Assembly (NCBI GenBank): GCA_021810145.1
Contig: JAJZJL010000001.1
Span: 23,045 to 87,044 of the forward strand
Source: Planctomycetota bacterium
GTDB lineage: Bacteria > Planctomycetota > Phycisphaerae > WQYP01
DNA length: 64,000 nucleotides
Reading direction: 5' to 3'
Below the pieces are notes generated by a model that was not told the origin of the DNA, did no database searches, and was given only the letters and a program-made list of their open reading frames with translations. This document shows positions 39,376 through 51,185 of the stretch, in pieces. Each line of letters starts with the position of its first letter. Position 1 is the first letter of the stretch. The position numbers were made by a program, and so were the translations under genes.

Positions 39376-40503
39376 TTACTGCGGTGCGGGCAGCGTGCGT
39401 ATGAATTCCACCAGATCAGCCAGCGATGGACTCTGTGCGCTGCGGACATAAAATCCGCTGGTGGCGGTTCCCATGCACAGTGCTTCCGCCAGATCGAGGC
39501 CCAAGAGCCGCCCGGCGACAAAGCCCGCATTGAAGTGGTCGCCGGCACCGGTGCTGATTTTGGGATGTTTGACGAACGGTCCGGCGAACGAGGCGGAACC
39601 GTTGGCATCGGCCGCCGCACCGCCGGAGCGCGGGTGAATCACGACAGTTCCGATATCCATTTTCTTTCGGATGGCAATGGCCAGCGATTCAATTTCCTTT
39701 TCAGGATCCGCGGAAACGGGAATATCCAGCGCGGTGGCCACCTGTGTGGCTTCTTTGAGATTTAAACCGAGAATAACGTGCATGAATGGTTTAAATACCT
39801 CAAGCACAGCCAAACCGGTTCGCAAATCTTCGCTCGTACGTTTTTCCGGATCAGCAAGATCAACAAACAAAATCCGGTCAGCGGGAGGTACTTCCGGAAG
39901 CACGTCCGCCGCCAGACGCCGCCAGATGTCATTCATATAGGGCAACATGGTCCAGTTGACGGTCCCCAGCAGCCGTGATGAAGCAACCAGGCTTACCATT
40001 TCATCAATGCCAATGCGTGAAACAAGGTTATCCCAGGTAATTTCGGCGGTGGGAGTGAGTTTCCCGAGCATTATTTTGCCGTCATCAAATTCCAGTGCAT
40101 CGGTATGGCAGGCTTGGGCGATACTGAGAATTCTGGCCCGCTTTGCCAATTCATGGAAAACCGGATGAATATCCGGAAAGCCCAGACTTCCAATACACGT
40201 GACTCCCAGGCCAATGGCGGCCAGAGCATTGGCCATAATGGGGCCGTTACCGCCGAGTTTCTGTAATTTGACGACCACTTCGATATTGGCGCTTTGACCT
40301 CTGGCTTCTCGAATGCGGCCCGCAAACTGTTCAATGGTGGCAATGCGATCAAATTCACCGGCGCTGGCGCGTTTATCCACAACCTGCGCTATTTCATCAA
40401 CAAAGCCGTCCAAGCCGATGACCGCCGCGATGGACGCCACATCCGCCTTGGCAAGTTTTCCCGACACCGCCAGACAGGTTGCCGCACGTGTTTGATCCGC
40501 CAT
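39376..40503 (-). CDS. PfkB/ribokinase-family carbohydrate kinase-like protein
   Basis: LGGNGPIMANAL, NLKEA, STGAGDHFNAGF. Confidence 0.85.
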   Translation of the reverse strand: MADQTRAATCLAVSGKLAKADVASIAAVIGLDGFVDEIAQVVDKRASAGEFDRIATIEQFAGRIREARGQSANIEVVVKLQKLGGNGPIMANALAAIGLGVTCIGSLGFPDIHPVFHELAKRARILSIAQACHTDALEFDDGKIMLGKLTPTAEITWDNLVSRIGIDEMVSLVASSRLLGTVNWTMLPYMNDIWRRLAADVLPEVPPADRILFVDLADPEKRTSEDLRTGLAVLEVFKPFMHVILGLNLKEATQVATALDIPVSADPEKEIESLAIAIRKKMDIGTVVIHPRSGGAAADANGSASFAGPFVKHPKISTGAGDHFNAGFVAGRLLGLDLAEALCMGTATSGFYVRSAQSPSLADLVEFIRTLPAPQ

Positions 40504-40524
40504 ACTTTCTCCGTCGATTGGATA

Positions 40525-42159
40525 TCACAATTCCGTAAACTGCATCAATTCAATTGTCTCATGATGTTCCGGCAATGCCACAGCGTCATATTCCGCCAAC
40601 CCCGCTTCAGACATCATATGCCGCACCGCCGCGGCATCATACGTTCCCGCAAGGTCCATTAGATCCCAGAAAATGCTGCCCGTCGAACGCGTATTGTCCA
40701 GCGGCGCAATGGCCTGCTTGAAGGCCTGAATCAGCCCGGCATGATTTTCAAAAACGCCTGACTTTTCCGCCCAGGTGCACACCGGTAAAGCCAGTGTCGC
40801 CTGAGATACCAGACCATCCGGCCGGGTGCTCAATACCAGCAGCGTTTCCAGGCCGACAAGAGCCGTCTCAAGTTCCTGATCGGCGTGACCCAATGGATCA
40901 GCCAGCACCAGAGCAGAACGAACCTGTCCCGCCCTGATTTTTCCAGGGACATCCACCAGTTTGCAGACATTGCCACCGAGTTTTGCCAGCACCTTTTCCG
41001 CACCTCGCCGGTTCGGGGCCTTTTCCGCATAGATGATATGGGTGACCGCTCCACTGGCGGGGTTCTTGAAAATCTGATCCTGACCGTCAATTTTCGGCTC
41101 GGTGACAACCAGCCAGGCTTGCGGGTCAATGCGGCGCATCCATTGCGCGGCGAGAAACATTTCCTCGGTTGAATCAAACGCATTGAGAATCAGCATGGTG
41201 GAGCCGGCGTTTCCGGCAGCCGCCTTTTTGACGGCTTGATCAAGTTGCCCGATGCCCTGTGCAGCCGACAATTCCTGCGGTACGCCTTTCGCCACGGGGG
41301 TCTGGAGTCGGTTGTTATGGACAAAATCCCAACCGTAGCGGATGTCATCGGAAATCCACCATTTGTTGACGTTCGCGTTAAAGCGGGGCTTAATGCGGTA
41401 TACGCGTCCCTGATTATGTTCGATGAAAATATTTTCTCCGCCGCTGGAGAATGGTGAGATACTCGGCACCTTTTTCAAAAACCAGACCCGCTGGGTAAAA
41501 AGAAAATCTTTATCCAATAGCGCCCCGACCGGACAAATATCAATGACATTGCCGGAAAGCGGATTATCAAGCGACTTACCCTGAAAAACATCAATTTCCT
41601 CACGGTGTCCGCGGCCGAATACCGCCAGTTCACCGGTGCCGGAAATTTCGCGTGTAAAACGCACACAGCGCGTACACATAATGCAGCGGTCACTGTATAA
41701 GACCACATGTTTGCCGATGTCTTTCTTTGGCTTTTTTGCCTTGTCTTCTTCAAAACGGCTTTCCGACCGGCCATATTGATAGCTGTAATCCTGCAGATGG
41801 CATTCGCCGGCCTGATCACACACGGGGCAATCCAGCGGATGGTTCAGCAGCAGGAATTCCATAACCGCTTTTTGATTGGCAATTGATTTTGGTGAAATAC
41901 TGTGAACTTTCATGCCATCAACGGCGGGAGTCTGACAGCTTGGCACAAGCTTGGGGACCTTAACGAGCTTGGCCGGATCTTTCGGATCGGGAGATTCAAT
42001 TTCGACCAGGCATATCCGGCAACTGGCGACAATTGACAGGCCTTGGTGATAGCAATAGTGCGGGATTTCCATACCGGCATCAAGGCAGGCCTGAAGAATC
42101 ATCTTTTTGCCTTCCCAGGCAATTTTCTTTCCGTCAACATCCATTGTGGGCATAAACAT
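40525..42159 (-). CDS. nuoG: NADH-quinone oxidoreductase subunit G (short form)
   Basis: IPHYCYH...CRICLVE, NHPLDCPVCDQAGEC.LQ, RCIMCTRCVRF, DICPVGAL. Confidence 0.92.
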   Translation of the reverse strand: MFMPTMDVDGKKIAWEGKKMILQACLDAGMEIPHYCYHQGLSIVASCRICLVEIESPDPKDPAKLVKVPKLVPSCQTPAVDGMKVHSISPKSIANQKAVMEFLLLNHPLDCPVCDQAGECHLQDYSYQYGRSESRFEEDKAKKPKKDIGKHVVLYSDRCIMCTRCVRFTREISGTGELAVFGRGHREEIDVFQGKSLDNPLSGNVIDICPVGALLDKDFLFTQRVWFLKKVPSISPFSSGGENIFIEHNQGRVYRIKPRFNANVNKWWISDDIRYGWDFVHNNRLQTPVAKGVPQELSAAQGIGQLDQAVKKAAAGNAGSTMLILNAFDSTEEMFLAAQWMRRIDPQAWLVVTEPKIDGQDQIFKNPASGAVTHIIYAEKAPNRRGAEKVLAKLGGNVCKLVDVPGKIRAGQVRSALVLADPLGHADQELETALVGLETLLVLSTRPDGLVSQATLALPVCTWAEKSGVFENHAGLIQAFKQAIAPLDNTRSTGSIFWDLMDLAGTYDAAAVRHMMSEAGLAEYDAVALPEHHETIELMQFTEL

Positions 42160-42222
42160 TACACCTTATAGCATTGCGACCGGATTCACTCACGGACGCG
42201 TTTCCCGCTTTCCGCGGCTTTG

Positions 42223-43539
42223 TTACACGGCCGCTGCCGCCTGTGCGTCCAGCGTTACACCCTGTACCTGATCCGATTTCAGGCGGGCCTTGAAATCTTC
42301 CGGAAACTTCTGCAGAAATGTCCGAACGGCCCAATTGGCACCGTCGGCCAGACCGCAAATGGTGGTTCCCGGCATGGACCCCATGCTTAATCCAACTTCC
42401 ATCAGCAGGTCAAAATCATGCGGCTTGCCGTATCCGGCGACGATACGATTGAGCATTTTGTGCATCCATGCGGTACCCTCCCGGCACGGCGTACATTGCC
42501 CGCAACTCTCGTGGGCGAAGAAACGGACAATATTCCGCAGCATGACAACCAGATCCGTTTTATCCGTCATGACAATCACACCGGCTGTGCCGAGCCCCAG
42601 CACGTTGTATTTTCTGCCAATATCAAAATCCAGTTCCGCATCATACTGATCGGTTCCCAGCACGCCCATCGATACGCCGCCCGGAATCGCCGCACGGTAT
42701 TTGCCGCCTTTAATTCCACCGGCATATTTCTCGATGAGTGTGGACATTTTAATGCCCAGTTCCTCTTCATAAACGCCCGGCTTGTTCACCAGACCGCTGA
42801 CGCCAAAAAGTTTAGGCCCGGCGGAAGAAGCCGTCCCCATGGCCTTGAACCAGTCCGCACCATGCTCAATGATATATGGCAGACAGGCCAGGGTTTCCAC
42901 ATTGTTGATAATCGTTGGCTTGGCAAAGGCGCCGGCGATGGCGGGAAACGGCGGCTTGATGCGCGGCCAGCCGCGCTTGCCTTCCAGCGATTCCAGCAGA
43001 CCGGTCTCTTCGCCGCAGATATAGGCTCCGGCTCCGCGATGCACATAGCAGTTATGCGCAATGTCGGTACCCGGAATCTTCTGGCCGAAAATCCCCCTGG
43101 CATAGGCTTCTTCCAGAGCCTTTTCCAGAATCCTGGCCTGCCGGTGGTATTCACCACGTATATAGATATAACTGACCGCGATACGGTTGGTATACGCCGC
43201 AATGGCAATACCTTCGAGCAACACATGCGGATCATAATCGGTCAGATATCGGTCTTTGAATGTACCCGGCTCGGATTCATCAAAATTTACGGCCAGATAA
43301 CGCGGGTGAATATCCTTGGGCAAAAATTTCCATTTGGAACCACACGGAAAACCCGCTCCACCGCGCCCGCGCAAATTGGAATCAATGACCAGTTGGATGA
43401 TCTGATCGGGCGTCATGCTTTGCGCTTTACGGAGAGATTCATACCCTCCGGTGGCAATATATTCTTCTATGTTAATGAGTTTGCGCTTCGCGGGATCATC
43501 CGGAATACGCTTAAGCAGAACTGGTCCGGCAAACGCCAT
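42223..43539 (-). CDS. nuoF: NADH-quinone oxidoreductase subunit F
   Basis: LRGRGGAGFP, DESEPGTFKDR, GAGAYICGEET, ESCGQCTPCREG. Confidence 0.97.
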   Translation of the reverse strand: MAFAGPVLLKRIPDDPAKRKLINIEEYIATGGYESLRKAQSMTPDQIIQLVIDSNLRGRGGAGFPCGSKWKFLPKDIHPRYLAVNFDESEPGTFKDRYLTDYDPHVLLEGIAIAAYTNRIAVSYIYIRGEYHRQARILEKALEEAYARGIFGQKIPGTDIAHNCYVHRGAGAYICGEETGLLESLEGKRGWPRIKPPFPAIAGAFAKPTIINNVETLACLPYIIEHGADWFKAMGTASSAGPKLFGVSGLVNKPGVYEEELGIKMSTLIEKYAGGIKGGKYRAAIPGGVSMGVLGTDQYDAELDFDIGRKYNVLGLGTAGVIVMTDKTDLVVMLRNIVRFFAHESCGQCTPCREGTAWMHKMLNRIVAGYGKPHDFDLLMEVGLSMGSMPGTTICGLADGANWAVRTFLQKFPEDFKARLKSDQVQGVTLDAQAAAAV

Positions 43540-43644
43540 AATTTAACCTTTCCTTTAACCGTTCACGCACGGAAGTCTTACCCTGTTTACCCAAAGACAA
43601 CCGCGGGTTTTTATCCGCGGCGGTGTATGCAATTCACCGCCTGA

Positions 43645-44190
43645 TCAGTGCCCCGCGGCAGGATGATCGGGCAGGGCCTGCAAATGCGAGGCAAACGCGT
43701 CGGGCTTGATACAACCGTGCAGGTCTTCATTCACCAATGCGCATGGAGCCTGCTCACAGGCTCCGAGACATTCAACTTCAAAAACGGTGAATTTATTGTC
43801 TTCCGTGGTTTCACCGGGTTCAATCCCAAATACGTCCCGAATCTTATTCAGAACCGCCTGATGACCGCAGAGTTCGCATGAAATAGACCGACATACATTG
43901 ACAACATATCGGCCCGATGGCTGCAGGCGGAATTCTTCGTAAAAGGTTACCGCGTCCTGAACCTGCGCACGACTGATGCCCAGAAACTCGGCTGCTTCAT
44001 CAATGGCCTGCGGCGCGATATAGCCGTAGGTGTGCATGATGGTGTGAAACAGCGGCAGCAGTGCCGCCTGCTTACGCGGATAGCGCGGAAAATATTTCTG
44101 TTCAATGTGTGATTTAATCTCAGCGGTGAGGTAAGGCTCACTGCGCGTGGGTTGGTACTGCTTCAGGCGGTCTTCAACAATCCAGGCCAT
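43645..44190 (-). CDS. nuoE: NADH-quinone oxidoreductase subunit E
   Basis: VTFY, VCRSISC, ECLGAC..AP. Confidence 0.95.
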   Translation of the reverse strand: MAWIVEDRLKQYQPTRSEPYLTAEIKSHIEQKYFPRYPRKQAALLPLFHTIMHTYGYIAPQAIDEAAEFLGISRAQVQDAVTFYEEFRLQPSGRYVVNVCRSISCELCGHQAVLNKIRDVFGIEPGETTEDNKFTVFEVECLGACEQAPCALVNEDLHGCIKPDAFASHLQALPDHPAAGH

Positions 44191-44204
44191 AACTTTCCTT
44201 GCGT

Positions 44205-45485
44205 TTAACGATCCAATTCCGCGGCGATAATATTCAATGAACCTAAAACGGCCACCACATCTGATATGGTGTGTCCTTCCATCATTTTAGGTAATACGCT
44301 CAAGTGAATGAACGATGGCGGCCGGCACCGCGCCCGCCACGGATTTTTTCCGCCCTCGCTGACAATATAAAATCCCTGCTCACCGTTGGCGGTTTCGCTG
44401 CAACCATAAACCTCACCGACCGGCGGCTTGAACCCACGGTTGGTCATTACCAGTTCAAAGTGTTGAATCAACCCTTCGATGGAACCATACACGTCCGACT
44501 TTGGCGGCAATATATCTTTACCTTCCGGGCTGACGTTCATCGAACCGCCGGGAATATCATCGATGAGCTGCCGGATGATTTCGATGGATTGTTTCATTTC
44601 TTCAAGACGCACGAGATATCGCGCCAGCACATCACCGGTTTTCATGATGGGCACTTTAAATTTCACCGCCGGCGCGCCTTTGCCGTCCCAGTTATCCTGA
44701 AAGCAGAAATAAGGATCATCTTTCCGCACGTCCCGCATGACCCCACTGGCTCTGGCCACGGGACCGCTGAGGCTCCAATTGACCGCCTCTTCACGGGAAA
44801 TAATGCCGATGCCCTGCGTACGGTCGATGAATATGCGCAGACGATTGAGCAGTTTCTCAACATCATCAATGGCCCGAGGCAGGGATTCATTGATAAATGC
44901 CTTAACCAGCGGACGAAACACATTGTCATCGGCGTCCTTCATCGTACCGCCGACGCGGTTCCAACTGGTATGAAATCGCGATCCGGTCACATATTCCATG
45001 ATGTCGTAAACACGTTCGCGTTCATTAAATCCAAAGAGGAACGCCGTGAATCCGCCGAGGTCCAACGCCGCGGCACCAACGCAAAGCAGGTGACTTTGAA
45101 TGCGAGCCAGTTCGCCGAGGATGGTGCGATAAACTTTGCACCGGGGTGTCGGATCCACGCCAAAAAGCATTTCCACGGCCCGAATCCATGCCATTTCATT
45201 GCCCATGGGAGCCAGATAATCCATTCGATTAACGATGGTCATGTACTGATTGAAGTCCAGTACTTCGGCGTTTTTTTCAAATCCACTGTGCAGATAACCG
45301 ATAATCGGAACAACTTTGACCACCCGCTCGCCATCGATTTCCATCACCAGACGAATGACCGTATGCGTAGCCGGGTGCTGCGGACCAAAATTAAGCGTCC
45401 AAAGATTGGAATTGTCCGAAAGTTGAGGGGTTGTCATGGGGTCATCCATCAACATGGAGACTCCCTTTTCCATTGTGTATGGCAT
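44205..45485 (-). CDS. nuoD: NADH-quinone oxidoreductase subunit D
   Basis: NFGPQHPATH, IGYLHSGFEK, RMDYLAP, RPPSF, IAAELDR. Confidence 0.96.
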   Translation of the reverse strand: MPYTMEKGVSMLMDDPMTTPQLSDNSNLWTLNFGPQHPATHTVIRLVMEIDGERVVKVVPIIGYLHSGFEKNAEVLDFNQYMTIVNRMDYLAPMGNEMAWIRAVEMLFGVDPTPRCKVYRTILGELARIQSHLLCVGAAALDLGGFTAFLFGFNERERVYDIMEYVTGSRFHTSWNRVGGTMKDADDNVFRPLVKAFINESLPRAIDDVEKLLNRLRIFIDRTQGIGIISREEAVNWSLSGPVARASGVMRDVRKDDPYFCFQDNWDGKGAPAVKFKVPIMKTGDVLARYLVRLEEMKQSIEIIRQLIDDIPGGSMNVSPEGKDILPPKSDVYGSIEGLIQHFELVMTNRGFKPPVGEVYGCSETANGEQGFYIVSEGGKNPWRARCRPPSFIHLSVLPKMMEGHTISDVVAVLGSLNIIAAELDR

Positions 45486-45974
45486 GTCCAGAACTCCAGC
45501 ACAGCATTGGTCCCGCGAGCACCCGCGACTCGGCAAGGACCGGGTGGCCTGCAACAGGCACTTCACCCCTGACTTACTACCTTGTGATGTTATTCACAAA
45601 CCCCGCCTTGAGCAAGCGAAGCAGGGTAAAACAGCGATTTTTTTTACCATTGATGCGCTTCACTTCGGCTTCCGGTGCCGAGCCGTTCCAGAAATCCGTT
45701 CCCTCCCGTACGAAGCATGCGGAAGGTAGGGTCTTTACGGATAAAACGGGCATGAAATTTAACGCTGTGCACGGAAATAGCACCGGTAACGTAAAGCCGC
45801 GGCAGGCGCCAAATGAAGAAATCATTGCAAGAATGATCTCGCGGCATCGTGGAGGCGTCAAAACCCGATCCACTATCCACCTGCCGCAGCCAGAGAGCGT
45901 TATACAAATGTTTGCTCGAACTTATCCGATACCGGAATAGCTCTGAAACCCGACATATACGTTTACCGGTTGGG

Positions 45975-47333
<1,359 letters not shown>

Positions 47334-47439
47334 TTAGCATACTTTCAGAGTTTTAGCCAAGGTTGGATCAGAACAATTAAAAAAATGCGGTTCACGGCAT
47401 ACATCTGGCAACCGTAATTGAATTTCTATTCTTTGGAAT

Positions 47440-48297
47440 TCACCGGCGGGAGGAGAGCACGATTACGACCTGTCTAATCTGCTGCACATCCGTGCGCGGC
47501 GTAATTTCCAGGCTCCAACGCAGACTCGTACGCGAGGATTGATGCACAGATTTAACAACACCGATAACCGCCCCGGCAACCGCCTGTGGCCATTCGTTGT
47601 CATTAAGCTGTACCAGATCGCCCGGCTTGGGGGCCATGGCATGAATGGATTGATCCAATTCACAACGCATGCGGCCCGGGCCGGCACCTTCAATAAGGGC
47701 CTGCGGAGCGATGCTGATCAAACCGGCGCGCACCGGACGGCTGATGGCGGCAATTTCTTTCATCATGGGATCGGTCAGCAAACGCACCGTACAGGTTTCC
47801 GGTCCAACATGGGACACACGCCCAATAACCGCTCGATTGGCCAACACTGCATCCCCAATGCGAATTTCCTTGTCATCGCGCCAACCCTGATCCAGTGTGC
47901 ACTGATCACCGCTTCCCGTGGAAAATCCGTCGATACTGGCCGCTCTTAACCGCTGGACGGAAAGGCCCGGAAAATTCTGATGAATCACACGCGTTTCGCG
48001 CAGAAGCTTTTGCAGGTCACTGATGCGTGTGACCAGCATGGCGATTTCATTTTGATAACGAACACGCAGGGCGTTTACCCGGCTGCTGGAATTTTGATGC
48101 GGATGCAGAAACCGATTAACGCCGGTTTGCAGGCCGGTAAAAATGGATGAAAACGGGGCGACGAAAGTTCTAACGGCGTCAGACGCGATTCCACGCGGAC
48201 GATTAACCACTTGCGGGTGCCGGGCCCCAACGACTACCGTAGCCAAAGCTGCGAAGTTAAGTATCCAGAACCACTTTCGCGGAGTCATTTTCATCAT
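47440..48297 (-). CDS. mreC: Rod shape-determining protein MreC (divergent)
   Basis: N-terminal TM, coiled coil, LDQG...GDAV...IGRV..V...TVRLLTD; directly downstream of mreB. Confidence 0.75.
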   Translation of the reverse strand: MMKMTPRKWFWILNFAALATVVVGARHPQVVNRPRGIASDAVRTFVAPFSSIFTGLQTGVNRFLHPHQNSSSRVNALRVRYQNEIAMLVTRISDLQKLLRETRVIHQNFPGLSVQRLRAASIDGFSTGSGDQCTLDQGWRDDKEIRIGDAVLANRAVIGRVSHVGPETCTVRLLTDPMMKEIAAISRPVRAGLISIAPQALIEGAGPGRMRCELDQSIHAMAPKPGDLVQLNDNEWPQAVAGAVIGVVKSVHQSSRTSLRWSLEITPRTDVQQIRQVVIVLSSRR

Positions 48298-48388
48298 GCC
48301 TTCCTCCGGAAAGCATACGGGAACGGTCGGCTGTTTAACACGTCAGACAGCCTGGCGGGCTGCCGCTGGGCGCGGCACAGGGGACTGA

Positions 48389-49441
48389 TCACATTTCGTC
48401 GGTGTCTGATTCCAAGGCTTCCTTGAGATCTTCCAGATTTTCCAGCAGTACGTTGGTTCCGCGTGCCACGCAGGTCAACGGATCTTCCGCCAGGCGCACC
48501 GGCAGGCCGGTGGCCTGCGAAATAACCTTGTCAATTCCCCGCAGCAGGCTGCCGCCACCGGCCATGGTGATGCCGGTTTCCACCAGATCGGCTGCCAACT
48601 CCGGTTCCGCCCGTTCGAGCGTATGGGTAACCGCATCAATGATTTTACCGATCGGCTCAAGCAGCGCCTCGCGGATTTCCTCGCTGGTGATGATGCATTT
48701 GCGCGGTAAGCCGCTGATCATATCCCGCCCGCGGACTTCCATGGTCGTTTCCGGGCCAACGGTGCTCGCGGAGCCGAGTTCGATTTTTATGCGCTCCGAA
48801 AACTGCTCACCAATCATCAGGTTATATGTCTTTTTCATGTGGTTGATGATGGCTTCATCAAAATTATCACCGGCGGTACGAATGGATTCGGACACCGCCA
48901 TATCGCCCAGACTGATAATGGCAACTTCCGTCGTGCCGCCGCCGATATCAACGATCATGCTGGCGGTCGGCTCACGAATCGGCAGGCCCGCACCGATGGC
49001 GGATGCCATCGGTTCGCTGACGAGATAAACACGACGCGCTTCAGCCTGCAGGGCGGAATGAAATACCGCCTGCTTTTCAACGGCGGTTATGCCCGATGGG
49101 ATGGCAATGACAACGCGCGGTCGCACAAACCGGCGCCGACCATGCACGCGGCGAATAAAGTACGTGAGCATGGCTTCAGTGATTTCAAAATCGCTGATTA
49201 CGCCATCTTTAAGCGGTCGAACGGCGGTAATATTTCCCGGCGTTTTGCCGAGCATTTCCTTGGCAACTAGACCAACGGCATTGCCGTTGTGCAAAACAAT
49301 ATTTGTCCCTTTTTTAACTGCAACCACCGAAGGTTCGTTGAGAACAATACCCTGCCCGCGCACACACACCAACGTGTTGCACGTTCCAAGGTCTATGCCC
49401 ATATCGAGGGAAAACCAACCCAGCATCGAATCAAAAAACAC
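48389..49441 (-). CDS. mreB: Rod shape-determining protein MreB
   Basis: GIDLGTCNT, EPSVVA, RPLKDGVISDF, VDIGGGTTE, AGGGSLL; GTG start 49441. Confidence 0.97.
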   Translation of the reverse strand: MFFDSMLGWFSLDMGIDLGTCNTLVCVRGQGIVLNEPSVVAVKKGTNIVLHNGNAVGLVAKEMLGKTPGNITAVRPLKDGVISDFEITEAMLTYFIRRVHGRRRFVRPRVVIAIPSGITAVEKQAVFHSALQAEARRVYLVSEPMASAIGAGLPIREPTASMIVDIGGGTTEVAIISLGDMAVSESIRTAGDNFDEAIINHMKKTYNLMIGEQFSERIKIELGSASTVGPETTMEVRGRDMISGLPRKCIITSEEIREALLEPIGKIIDAVTHTLERAEPELAADLVETGITMAGGGSLLRGIDKVISQATGLPVRLAEDPLTCVARGTNVLLENLEDLKEALESDTDEM

Positions 49442-49686
49442 GCCAAAGCGCTCCGCGACAGAACCTTGAACAGGCCGGTTACGGCAAACACTGCATCCTT
49501 GTGCGTCGCCGAACTCGGCCCTCCCTGCTCCCTTCCGGCCTGACAATAACATACCATATTATCGGAATTAGCGATATTGGCGAAAGTGGATCGCCCAATG
49601 TCTTCGCCACCTTATCCATGCTAATGCCGTACTCCGGTTGGCTGGCGCTGCGACTTTCCGGAATATATCTATGGCGGCCATTTTAC

Positions 49687-49830
49687 TTAGAAGCCAATCA
49701 TCGTTTTATATTCAATGGCGATGTAAATTAAGGATCCCAAGGTCGCTAAGAAGCCGATAATTGCCAACGCTGTATACACATTGGGCTGCGGCCGTACGGT
49801 AATTCGGGCGGGTGGGTTTACTCGTGACAT
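49687..49830 (-). CDS. Small single-pass membrane protein (47 aa)
   Basis: Hand translation MSRVNPPARITVRPQPNVYTALAIIGFLATLGSLIYIAIEYKTMIGF; GGGAG RBS; below the ORF track cutoff. Confidence 0.7.
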   Translation of the reverse strand: MSRVNPPARITVRPQPNVYTALAIIGFLATLGSLIYIAIEYKTMIGF

Positions 49831-49953
49831 GACGACTCCCGACAAATCAAAAAATCAATTCTTAACCGCACGGCTTCCAGGTACTACCCCAGAAGCAACT
49901 CGCTGCGGTATCCGCAGCACACACTGGCGTGCGGAACAACAACCAACCGCATA

Positions 49954-49979
49954 TTAAGCCGAATCCATTTTCGGCTTAA
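49954..49979. other. 10-bp perfect hairpin TTAAGCCGAA-6-TTCGGCTTAA
   Basis: Read directly; just after the stop of the coiled-coil gene; no clear U-tract. Confidence 0.5.
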
Positions 49980-49990
49980 ATTCCGGATCA

Positions 49991-50863
49991 TCAGACGCCC
50001 GGGCCGCTCATGACCATTTCGTTTGGTGCAATGGTCGTGCCCGGAGCCTGCAGCGATACCACGCCGACAGATTCAGTGGCATCAGCCTTTTGTACTACCA
50101 CATCGCCGATGTAGCGGCCATTGGAATAAATGGTCAGGCGGGTACCTTTACCCACCCCGTCACGCGTACCCAATGAAGCACTGACATAGGTATGGCCATT
50201 ATAGCTGGCGACTTTCAACACCGTTCCGTTGACCTGTACGGATGTTGGCACACCCGCCACCGCAGTGGACAAAGTGGTGGATGTCGGGCTGGAGGTTTTA
50301 GCAGCCACTTCCATTTTCGACATCTGCCGATGCAGCGACGCCACGCTCTCCTGGAGAACCTGGATGGTCTGTCGGGCGATGTTGCGCTCGTTGGTCAGTT
50401 CGGTAATACGGCGACCCAGTTCGGCATTTTGATTCACATACGTCAAGAGCTTCGGCCGCATCGCGTCAAGAACGGTATTCTGCCCGGCAACCTGCTTGTT
50501 GAGAGAACTGACCGTACTGGTCAAATCTGTGATGCTGGTCTGCAACTGGCTTTTTGCCACCCGCAACTGCGCGATGGTTGTCTGGTCATCAGCAAGCTTG
50601 GATTGCAGATCAAGGATCGTATTGTTCAAACGGCCGGCCTTTTCCGCACCCTTCTGAAGCGCTGCGGTAAGTTGTGTCTGCAGATTGGTGTTGGCCTGCT
50701 GGAGTTGGGTCGTCATGGCCTGCGCCGCAATCTGCGCTTTTTGCGAACTCGCCACCTGACTGCGATAGTTCTGTTGCTTATCGGCAAACAAAATAACCAG
50801 AACGGACAGGACCAGTGCCAGCACAAGCTGCAAGAGCACAAACGTTTTTGTTAGAGTATTCAA
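49991..50863 (-). CDS. Membrane-anchored coiled-coil protein with C-terminal beta domain
   Basis: N-terminal TM, long heptad region, C-terminal SLGTRDGVGKGTRLTIY; AGGAGG RBS, TTG start. Confidence 0.8.
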   Translation of the reverse strand: MNTLTKTFVLLQLVLALVLSVLVILFADKQQNYRSQVASSQKAQIAAQAMTTQLQQANTNLQTQLTAALQKGAEKAGRLNNTILDLQSKLADDQTTIAQLRVAKSQLQTSITDLTSTVSSLNKQVAGQNTVLDAMRPKLLTYVNQNAELGRRITELTNERNIARQTIQVLQESVASLHRQMSKMEVAAKTSSPTSTTLSTAVAGVPTSVQVNGTVLKVASYNGHTYVSASLGTRDGVGKGTRLTIYSNGRYIGDVVVQKADATESVGVVSLQAPGTTIAPNEMVMSGPGV

Positions 50864-51185
50864 GAGGGCCTCCTGTGGGTAAACAAATCCAAATCAGACC
50901 ACGTCAACTTCATGCCAAAGCAAAGACTTTACTCTGACTTTCTCCCGCCATAATTCCAGAAGTTTAATAGCCGGCGGCAACCTGTCAAGGAAAAAATGAA
51001 CAATCGGACAATTCACGGCTCTTTTTTCGCACCCACAAAACTGTTGTTTAACTGAAAACCGCTTTCGCAATCATTCATTTCCCTCTTCAACCGTGCGGCT
51101 TTCATTGCTCTGATCGGATTCTCTCATCATCGGCACCGGCGTTTGATTCAGAACCAGGAAGTTCAAGCACAAAACATAAAAAATT

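Noticed and set aside
42418..45572. Long plus-strand ORFs of 408 and 422 aa antisense to nuoF and nuoD, and similar shadow ORFs opposite pheT, the RND gene, eno and aas
   Set aside because: Antisense frames produced by codon bias of conserved genes; no motifs or RBS
45577..45940. ORFs in the eno-nuoD intergenic region
   Set aside because: No recognisable domain or RBS; more likely a regulatory spacer
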